A stretch of DNA of 64,000 bases, taken from positions 32,001 through 96,000 of IMG/VR virus record IMGVR_UViG_3300042691_044733, one strand, 5' to 3'. Source of the DNA: a virus. The translations under genes and the position numbers were made by a program. Under the pieces are notes generated by a model. That model was not told the origin of the DNA. It searched no databases and was given only the letters and a program-made list of their open reading frames with translations. Shown here piece after piece: positions 56,587 to 64,000 of this stretch; position 1 is the stretch's first letter, and every line of letters begins with the position of its first letter.

Positions 56587-59500
56587 CGTGGTGAATTTAA
56601 TAATTTAGTATTTGTTAACTTCAGCATCATTTTAGTACTTCCAGAAACTGATTTAATAAACATTACATAGTTAAGATAATGTCTAAACTTCTTTCTTTCA
56701 AGTGCAAACTTACTGTAATTCAGGTTGTTGATATTTAATGTTTTAATGTAACCATTCAATTCTGTAGACCAAATAGGTTGTGCAGATGCTGTATATTCAC
56801 CTCTATCATTAGTAATATCCCAAAACTGATTTATTCTGTATTTTTGTTCTACCTTCTCACATAATACTGCAATGTTAGTAGCATTTATTATAGGATAAGA
56901 TACTCTTGCAAGAGGATTGTTCTTTGGCATTTGTACAATATTTAACAAACCAGATACCTGTTCTGTATTTGATACAATCATTCTATCAAAATTTTCATCT
57001 AATATATGAAATTTATCGACACCGTCTGCATCATACCTATAACATTCTAAGATATACTCTAAACTTCTAACAGTATTAACTGCTTGACCAGTTGTTGTTG
57101 GTTGTTCAACTTCAAATGGATAATCAGTTCCATAGAAATTACAGAATAAATCTGTTCTATAGTTATGTCTCCATAATGACTCATCTTTAGTAGTAACAAA
57201 ATCTTTTTTCATTGACAGTGTTAAATCAGGGTGCCAGTCATGAAATGATACCCAGAATTTATTCTTAGGATCATAACTTATTGTAAATGAGGTATTTGAA
57301 AAATATCTAGGATCTCCAAGTTTAATTTTAGTGGATCCATTTACTAAGAATATATTATCTTTCAAATAAGTAATATTTACTCCTGGTATTTTCTTTACTT
57401 TATAATCTTTCTTACAGATATATAGCATTTGATCATCTGCATCATATGCTGCTTGACAACCTATTCCAATAACTGGATTATCTGTTACTTCAAAATTTGG
57501 AAAATCCTGCAATAGGGTGTATGGGAGGAATTTAGAAAACCACCATCTCATACCATTACCTGATATTTCCTGTAATCCTTCTCCAACTTGAAATACTTTA
57601 CCCTGATTTTGAGATACGTAAAACAATCCAGCAGGTGTGTTAATAGCAGATCTTAAATTCTGACATGATCCATACTCATATGGCAGATCACTATTAGTTA
57701 AACTTTGCATTGGTTGTGAAAACAATCCTCCATCACCAATAGTTATTTTAGTGTTTAAATCTGTTTGAAGTGTATCAACACCCATAAATTGTACTGGACT
57801 ATCATCATGGAATAAAATAATAGCACCATTCTTACCAATTGTTTTAACTGTTGTTATATCAGATCTAAAATCTTTGTAATTGTTTGCTAAGAAATACTTC
57901 CAGTAATCTTTTTTATTTTCAAGATTTGTAGGTAATGAGTAAATAACTCTATTTCTACGTTTTGTGTAGCATAATAAAGAGTCATTTGGTGTATAATCTC
58001 TAGACTGCATATTACCCCAAGTTATAAAACTTGAGTATAATTTACTGATGCTGAATGAATAATCATATTTATAATAGTTGCCAGTAGTAATTATTGAAGT
58101 GTCAAACAATCTTTGGATATCAGTATATCTATAAGGATCAAAGAATCTCTTGTCATCTTGGTCTTCCCAATCTCTTAAATCAACATTGATCTCGCTTTCA
58201 ACAAAGAAATCTCTAACTCCTGATTGGAATAAATAGAAATATGCCTGCTTTTTAGCAAATTTAAAATTCAATGCCTGTCCAAAATCACTTAACCCAAACC
58301 CAGGATTACTCAATGCAGCATCATCTAAGTTATTTAAATTAGCTGGGGTATTCCAGTTTGCAGGATTTGTTAAGTTACCAACAACAGATCCTATTAATCC
58401 ATTAACATCATACTTAGTTGTATCTGCCCAATACCTTGGATAGATTATAGCATAGTATTTAGAATAATCTAATTCTGCACCATTTGGTTGGTTATATAAC
58501 CAGTTATAGAAATAAAAGAATGTATTCTTTTCTGTGTATCTACCAATGAATGTATCACCACCAAATATAATTGGTGATGTATATATTTGATTAAATAGTG
58601 TATATTGGTTTGTAGATGTTATTACTTCACTAGGAATTTCATTATTATCATTTACAATTACAGTACAACCAGTTGGTATTTGTCTAATATTGTACAACTG
58701 ACCATACTGATTTCTGTTTCTGGTTTTTAATCCACCATAATAAGATACGGTAGAAGTAGAAAATCTATCAGTTGGAGTAGCACGACCAGGTGTTAACCCA
58801 ATTGTGGTGATTGTATTATCTGTAAGAGTAGCACAATCACTAATGTTTTGGTTTACATTAATTGCTACTGCTCTAGATCTATTAAGGTTATTAATAGTTT
58901 TATCGGTAAAAGTTTGAAACTGATTATCCAAATAAGCAGCATCAACTATTGCTCTTCTTTTATTTGAAGAGGTATTAGAGTTTCCAACATTATCTTTATG
59001 TGAGGTTGATGTTGAAACATATCTATAAGCATACTGTCTATATGGGATTGTTGCTCTAATTAACTCAAGTGCTGTTTCTGTACTTTGTGATAAGTAAGAT
59101 AAGAATATCATTATACCACTGCTTGCTTTAATTAAACCAGGTAATTGATCAAATTCACTGTATTCATGTGTGAATATCTTACCTTTACCTATACCTCCAA
59201 ATAATAAAGCATTTGTACCATAAGTTGTATATACAGCATTTGTAGGATTAAAGTTTCCAGTAACTGCTGTTGCAAGATCTAATCCAAAAAGTTCTACTAA
59301 AAAAGAACCAACGTTTAAAGCAGTATTACTTGCTCCAATTGTTGCTGCTGATGGGTTTCCACCAGTTGCTGCATTTAACGACGCAGATCCACTTCCAGCA
59401 GGAATAAGTCCTAAATTCAATACTTTAGGTGCTTCAACAGTCTGTACTTGTTTACCCTTCATTGCTCTTGCAGCATTCGCCATACCCATTAAACCAGAAA

Positions 59501-61592
59501 CTATCAATGATAAATCAGTTAATAATTTATGTTTTGGATGTCCAGGAACAGGCTCAAAAAATCCAGATACGTTACCAGAAGATCCAATTTCACTATAAAG
59601 TCTTAATTCTTTAGCAGCAAGAAATGGATTATTAAACTGTGTATCAGGAGAATGGAAAGTAAAGTAATTACGTTTAGTTAAAAATGGTTGATATGGTTGA
59701 TATCCTTCAACTTGAGTATCCGTTAATGATAATGTAGGATCATTACCAAGTGGATTGTAAGGATAATTCTGGAATAGACCATTATAGTTACCACCCGTAT
59801 CAGTAGGTAATTTATATGATCTCATGTTATTAAACATTCCTTTGGCAACAATGCTTTTGTTACCTTCACGAGTTCCTCTTAGTATTTCATATCCAACAAT
59901 ACCTTTAATAACTTTAATAGAACCGTCGGTATCAATAAATACTGGGGGTTTAATATTTTCAAATTGTACACCTATAACGTTTATAAACTCTCCAAAGTTA
60001 GATGCATTTGTTGAGCATCTTGAAAATTGAGCAGAGTCATTAATGATATCTTCAGGCATTTTATGATGTCTGATAGGTTTACCACACAAATCATACTTAG
60101 TATCTGTGGTACCACTAAATAATGGGTCGAACGTAGAGTTCCATACTTCAGGATTATCTGCTGGATAAACCTCTGTAGATTCCCAATATGCAGGAGTTCC
60201 TTTGTAAAAAGCAATACCTCCATCCTCAACTATTTCATTAATGGGTAAATCTGCTGTTGCAGTGTTTGTTGTTTCAAATCTTTTAGCAATATCATCCCCA
60301 AAGTAGTTTTCTACATAAGAACTACCAACTGGATCAAAACCTGTTGGATCTGGAGAGTAATTAGATTTGTGAGTTCCTGGAATATGAAAACTATTTGACT
60401 TTTCTCCTGTGTCATATACCCATCTGATAAAGAATGAATATACCTCATCTCTCATGTATCCAACTACATTACCACCTTTTCTATAATAATCAACTGGATA
60501 TTTTACAATAACCCAGTTAGTTTTGATTTGGTTAGCTAGTGGTTGGTAATTAAAATCAAATTTAGAAGTAGGTGAAATCCTTAAGAGGTAATTATTTACT
60601 GTTGAAATAGACTCAGACTTCTCAAATATAGTAGTTCTAACAGATAAAAATTCTAATGACACTACAGGTAATGTAGGATCTATAGCATCAATTGTTATTT
60701 TGTTAGAGTTGGTGGAATAATAACCTAATTTTTTAGCAACTGTTTGTTGGTTTACAACAGATACTAATACTAATTCAAACTCATCATATATGTCAGTATC
60801 CAGATTGGATATGTTTATTTCTAATGATCCACCAAAATTAGTGTGTGTAAATAAAGCTTGAGGATTAGATTTAGCAATATAATCTGTTGTTCTAACACCA
60901 CCCACACTATATGCAATAAAAGCAATGTAAGAACCATTTGGCAACGTTCCACCAGTTCCAGGATCAAGTGTGATACATGGAGTTTTAATCTTTTCTGCAA
61001 ATAGTAATTTATTACAATCTAAAGAATTAGTTTGTGTACAGATATTACAACTGTTTATAATATTGCAATCCTCTTTCCATTGGGTTCCAGGCCATAATTT
61101 ATTACCCTGGTAGTAGTTATTACCAATGTAATTCTCATCAAGCAACCATTCTTTTGGGTTTCCTATGTTAAGTATTCTATCAGGATTACTATTGTCAGCA
61201 AAATACACATTCCACGAACAGTCAAATACTTCTCTAGATACACCAGTTACTAAGTTAAGTCTGTTGAAATTTAAACAGGAATCATTAACAATAGTTCTGT
61301 AAATACATTGATCTTCAATAAACAACCCAACCTCTGAATTAGTATCATCAGTTGAAAACAATACCCAGTTTGAAGCAAATAAATGAACTGCACCAATAAT
61401 TGTATATGGTGCATTTGCGCATGATAAATTGGCAGGTTCATTACCAATCATCCCAAGATCACCCTCAATAGAATTATTTACTGCATTACGAGCATGTGTC
61501 CATGATCCTTCAGGATGATATGTTTCATCAAAATCTTTTACTAATCCTTTAGTAAAGTTTGTTGTTTTAATATTTTCTTCTTGTTTTGCCAT
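56583..61592 (-). CDS. large tail stabilization/hub protein (P22 gp10-like position)
   Basis: 1669 aa. FTKGLVKD...WTHARNA...GNEPAN start, beta-rich, SFTISY...WVSFHDWHPD near the C-terminus. Follows the ring proteins. Confidence 0.7.
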   Translation of the reverse strand: MAKQEENIKTTNFTKGLVKDFDETYHPEGSWTHARNAVNNSIEGDLGMIGNEPANLSCANAPYTIIGAVHLFASNWVLFSTDDTNSEVGLFIEDQCIYRTIVNDSCLNFNRLNLVTGVSREVFDCSWNVYFADNSNPDRILNIGNPKEWLLDENYIGNNYYQGNKLWPGTQWKEDCNIINSCNICTQTNSLDCNKLLFAEKIKTPCITLDPGTGGTLPNGSYIAFIAYSVGGVRTTDYIAKSNPQALFTHTNFGGSLEINISNLDTDIYDEFELVLVSVVNQQTVAKKLGYYSTNSNKITIDAIDPTLPVVSLEFLSVRTTIFEKSESISTVNNYLLRISPTSKFDFNYQPLANQIKTNWVIVKYPVDYYRKGGNVVGYMRDEVYSFFIRWVYDTGEKSNSFHIPGTHKSNYSPDPTGFDPVGSSYVENYFGDDIAKRFETTNTATADLPINEIVEDGGIAFYKGTPAYWESTEVYPADNPEVWNSTFDPLFSGTTDTKYDLCGKPIRHHKMPEDIINDSAQFSRCSTNASNFGEFINVIGVQFENIKPPVFIDTDGSIKVIKGIVGYEILRGTREGNKSIVAKGMFNNMRSYKLPTDTGGNYNGLFQNYPYNPLGNDPTLSLTDTQVEGYQPYQPFLTKRNYFTFHSPDTQFNNPFLAAKELRLYSEIGSSGNVSGFFEPVPGHPKHKLLTDLSLIVSGLMGMANAARAMKGKQVQTVEAPKVLNLGLIPAGSGSASLNAATGGNPSAATIGASNTALNVGSFLVELFGLDLATAVTGNFNPTNAVYTTYGTNALLFGGIGKGKIFTHEYSEFDQLPGLIKASSGIMIFLSYLSQSTETALELIRATIPYRQYAYRYVSTSTSHKDNVGNSNTSSNKRRAIVDAAYLDNQFQTFTDKTINNLNRSRAVAINVNQNISDCATLTDNTITTIGLTPGRATPTDRFSTSTVSYYGGLKTRNRNQYGQLYNIRQIPTGCTVIVNDNNEIPSEVITSTNQYTLFNQIYTSPIIFGGDTFIGRYTEKNTFFYFYNWLYNQPNGAELDYSKYYAIIYPRYWADTTKYDVNGLIGSVVGNLTNPANWNTPANLNNLDDAALSNPGFGLSDFGQALNFKFAKKQAYFYLFQSGVRDFFVESEINVDLRDWEDQDDKRFFDPYRYTDIQRLFDTSIITTGNYYKYDYSFSISKLYSSFITWGNMQSRDYTPNDSLLCYTKRRNRVIYSLPTNLENKKDYWKYFLANNYKDFRSDITTVKTIGKNGAIILFHDDSPVQFMGVDTLQTDLNTKITIGDGGLFSQPMQSLTNSDLPYEYGSCQNLRSAINTPAGLFYVSQNQGKVFQVGEGLQEISGNGMRWWFSKFLPYTLLQDFPNFEVTDNPVIGIGCQAAYDADDQMLYICKKDYKVKKIPGVNITYLKDNIFLVNGSTKIKLGDPRYFSNTSFTISYDPKNKFWVSFHDWHPDLTLSMKKDFVTTKDESLWRHNYRTDLFCNFYGTDYPFEVEQPTTTGQAVNTVRSLEYILECYRYDADGVDKFHILDENFDRMIVSNTEQVSGLLNIVQMPKNNPLARVSYPIINATNIAVLCEKVEQKYRINQFWDITNDRGEYTASAQPIWSTELNGYIKTLNINNLNYSKFALERKKFRHYLNYVMFIKSVSGSTKMMLKLTNTKLLNSPR

Positions 61593-62500
61593 TAGTATTT
61601 GTAAGATAATCCACCAAAACTACTAAACATATCATAGTATTTTCCGTACATCATTTTTCTATTTTTTCTCCAAACTTTTGCCATTTCTGAAAAATCTGGT
61701 GTATTCACAATAGTTAATGCATTGTTTCTTGCAGCTCTATACTCTGCCGTAACAAGTTGATACTGTGTGGTAACATTTATATTATCCATTATTAAGTTTT
61801 CAAGAACTCGTTTTTTTAAAGCATATTCATAATATTCATTTATCATTGGATGATCTAAAACAAGTAAATCACCATCATCAGATATTAAATCACCTTCATA
61901 ATTTATATAAAGATTACCACAATCAAGATTTGTATATACCCAACCATCTTTGATATATGCACTGTCTACAGTTTTCATTTGAATGTTTGGACAATTATCA
62001 CAATCTATAAAGTCAGATTTCCTGAAATGTATAGGTGCAAACATTGTATATTCTCTAACTGTTTGATTATAAGTCTGTAACAATCTATATTCATTATCAC
62101 ATTTATCTAAACAAGTTGGTACTTCTTTAATCAAACATGGTGGTTGTTGAGGATTACTTTCATCTGAACAATATAAAGGATCCACCCAAGGAGTATATTC
62201 AGGTGATACATCTTCAATATGAGTTCCTTGAGGAGCAGCTGTAATTATTCTATAACTACCGCACAATAGAGCAAAATTCATTAGATAGAAATCATCAGGT
62301 AACTTTGCTCTTCCTTTTTCAATCTCAAGAACAACCTCTTTAGTTTTGTGAATTTTTAATCCCAGATCATAGTTAACCCTGCGAGCTACTTTAATAAGTA
62401 CCCCAGGATCAATGACAGAATCAGAACTTATGTTTTTAAGATCTAATTTAATATCCTCAACTAAAGAATCAAATGTTCTATATTTTATTAAATAGTTCAT
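61592..62500 (-). CDS. tail ring/tubular (adaptor) protein
   Basis: 302 aa. GRAKLPDDF...YIKDGWVYTNLDCGNLYINYEG...DDGDLLV pattern and synteny. Confidence 0.6.
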   Translation of the reverse strand: MNYLIKYRTFDSLVEDIKLDLKNISSDSVIDPGVLIKVARRVNYDLGLKIHKTKEVVLEIEKGRAKLPDDFYLMNFALLCGSYRIITAAPQGTHIEDVSPEYTPWVDPLYCSDESNPQQPPCLIKEVPTCLDKCDNEYRLLQTYNQTVREYTMFAPIHFRKSDFIDCDNCPNIQMKTVDSAYIKDGWVYTNLDCGNLYINYEGDLISDDGDLLVLDHPMINEYYEYALKKRVLENLIMDNINVTTQYQLVTAEYRAARNNALTIVNTPDFSEMAKVWRKNRKMMYGKYYDMFSSFGGLSYKY

Positions 62501-63168
62501 CGTGTTATATTTTGTTTATCTGAAACAATTTGATCAGAAGGAACCTGCATTAAAAATCCAAGATCTTGATAAACTTGCTTTTCAATTTCAGCAAATAAAT
62601 CATCGGGTATTAAGAAATCTCTTTCTCTAGGATTCGAACATATTTCATTTTCCTCACATGCAAATACAGACATATTTTTTTCAAATATCCCTTCAATTTT
62701 TATTTGCTCCCAATCAATGTTAGGAAAATACAAATAACCATTTTGGTACCAGTAGTACAATGTCTTATTATATTTGAAATTACTAGTTTTACTCAAAGAA
62801 CTATAAGCGGCTGGTGTTGTTCTATATACCTCATTATAACCATCTATGGAAGAAACTGTTCTGATAAATTGACCATATTTACCTTCAAATACTTGAGGTA
62901 TTTTATCTTCAGTTCTCATTATTTTAATCTTAGTTGTAATACTTGAGCAGCAGCTATCAGTTTTATCAACTTCAACTAAATCCATAGTGATAGGTTTAAA
63001 CAAACTAGAGAACTTTAAACGCATGTTTAACAATTCTTCTTTCTTAATAAACAACTTAGCATACTTAATAATTATGCTATAGATAAGTCTATCAGTGATA
63101 AATGCATCCTGAGATATTGTTTTTGTTGTATTTCTAATACGTGATATACTTTCACCAATAGTTGTCAT
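62497..63168 (-). CDS. tail ring protein
   Basis: 223 aa. YYWYQNGYLYFPN...IKIEGIFE...DFLIP pattern and synteny. Confidence 0.6.
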   Translation of the reverse strand: MTTIGESISRIRNTTKTISQDAFITDRLIYSIIIKYAKLFIKKEELLNMRLKFSSLFKPITMDLVEVDKTDSCCSSITTKIKIMRTEDKIPQVFEGKYGQFIRTVSSIDGYNEVYRTTPAAYSSLSKTSNFKYNKTLYYWYQNGYLYFPNIDWEQIKIEGIFEKNMSVFACEENEICSNPRERDFLIPDDLFAEIEKQVYQDLGFLMQVPSDQIVSDKQNITR

Positions 63169-63764
63169 AGGTCAAATTCATTATAGTTTTCAATGTTTTC
63201 CTCAAAAAATTCTTTTGAACGCTTAACAGCAAAATCTTTAATTCTACGTTTTTTCAAAAGATCAGATGGTTTAAATGACATAGGTATTACCTGATATCTA
63301 TGCCAATCTTCTTTAAATTTTTTTGAAGCTGCTCTTGAAAAATTTCTGCATGCTTCAAATTCCCAGATATCACTATCAATTAAAGTAGATTTATTAGTAT
63401 GATTTGTAAATATAATTTTACCCAAATGACCATCTGTTCCTAAATTTCTTGCATATACTTCTGTATTAGACTTGATTGATGTACCATAATCTTTTATTTT
63501 ACAACGATCTATCTTAATCATACCTAAAAATATAGCACCTAATCTTTGAGGTAATTCAATTCCATCCTTTGTATTACATGCTGTTTCCCATAATAATTGA
63601 TTAGATGCTTTAATTATAGAACTTAATTGAGGATCTGTATATGCTTTATATTGTGGAAAGTGTCTTCTAAATTTTGCAAAGAATGCTTGTGTTGCAATTG
63701 CATATCTTTTTCTTTTCCTTCTAGGAGCGTTTAAATCTGGTTTTCGGAAGGTATTATTCATCAT
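63165..63764 (-). CDS. basic IHF/HU-like protein of the crAss-like tail module
   Basis: 199 aa, basic. GIELPQRLGAIFL...WEFEACRNFSR. Position before the ring genes. Confidence 0.5.
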   Translation of the reverse strand: MMNNTFRKPDLNAPRRKRKRYAIATQAFFAKFRRHFPQYKAYTDPQLSSIIKASNQLLWETACNTKDGIELPQRLGAIFLGMIKIDRCKIKDYGTSIKSNTEVYARNLGTDGHLGKIIFTNHTNKSTLIDSDIWEFEACRNFSRAASKKFKEDWHRYQVIPMSFKPSDLLKKRRIKDFAVKRSKEFFEENIENYNEFDL

Positions 63765-63809
63765 ATCTAAATTTACAAAATTTATTTAAATAATAAAAGT
63801 TTATTTTAC

Positions 63810-63833
63810 AAAAAATCCCTGGTAAACAGGGAT
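63810..63833 (-). terminator. intrinsic terminator
   Basis: On the - strand ATCCCTG-TTTAC-CAGGGAT followed by a T-run. Confidence 0.6.
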
Positions 63834-63872
63834 CCTTGCTCTGAAGGGAGAAACCAATAAAACCCTAAAGAA

Positions 63873-63998
63873 TTATTCTGTACTTGTCTGTAATATAATG
63901 GAATAACATATTTCATCTAGATCACATAAAGATCCTACCCTAATTATGTAACTTGTACCAGGTGTAAGTCCTGTTATGGTTGTAGAATTGGTTTCAAC
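63873..63998 (-). CDS. 3' end of a fibronectin type III-like protein (truncated by the window edge)
   Basis: Hand-translated VETNSTTITGLTPGTSYIIRVGSLCDLDEICYSIILQTSTE*. ITGLxPGTxYxxxV is the FN3 signature. Confidence 0.65.
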   Translation of the reverse strand, partial: VETNSTTITGLTPGTSYIIRVGSLCDLDEICYSIILQTSTE

Positions 63999-64000
63999 TA

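Noticed and set aside
1957-62946. Many short opposite-strand or nested ORFs in the track (e.g. 2477-2752, 9980-10375, 49975-50409)
   Set aside because: Embedded in longer motif-bearing genes, with antisense-shadow composition.
1-64000. Stop-codon reassignment (TAG or TGA), known in some crAss-like phages
   Set aside because: ORFs up to 10 kb are intact in the standard code, and TAG (3329, 5701, 9843) and TGA end genes at sensible boundaries. No suppressor tRNA was seen.
1-64000. CRISPR arrays, tRNAs, integrase, inteins or introns in PolB/DnaB/vRNAP
   Set aside because: No regularly spaced repeats, cloverleafs or interrupted motifs were seen by eye. The Cas4-like nuclease has no cas context.

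Overview
An AT-rich 64 kb segment of a crAss-like (Crassvirales-type) phage genome in the standard genetic code. The host is most likely Bacteroidota, judged from TAnnTTTG promoter elements and A-rich start contexts. Two arms converge on a bidirectional terminator at ~25.9 kb. The + strand arm (1-25.8 kb) carries three separate MoxR-type AAA+/vWA modules, an SF2 helicase, HNH, UNG, DnaB, Sak4-like ATPase, SSB-like protein, primase, RuvC-like resolvase, nucleases, family B DNA polymerase and MazG-fold proteins. The - strand arm (25.9-64 kb) carries ring/tail proteins, a 1669-aa tail protein and giant ejection/cargo proteins, including a 3406-aa virion RNA polymerase (DFDID motif). The two strongest unexplained signals are (1) a ~520-nt ORF-free, multi-helix candidate large ncRNA at ~3379-3897 and (2) four consecutive, almost Cys-free cargo proteins whose cysteines sit at facing C- and N-termini, suggesting a head-to-tail linked ejection chain. 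Genes missed by the ORF track were read by hand at 424-711, 25909-26034 and 63873-63998. All calls come from motif reading; no database searches were run.
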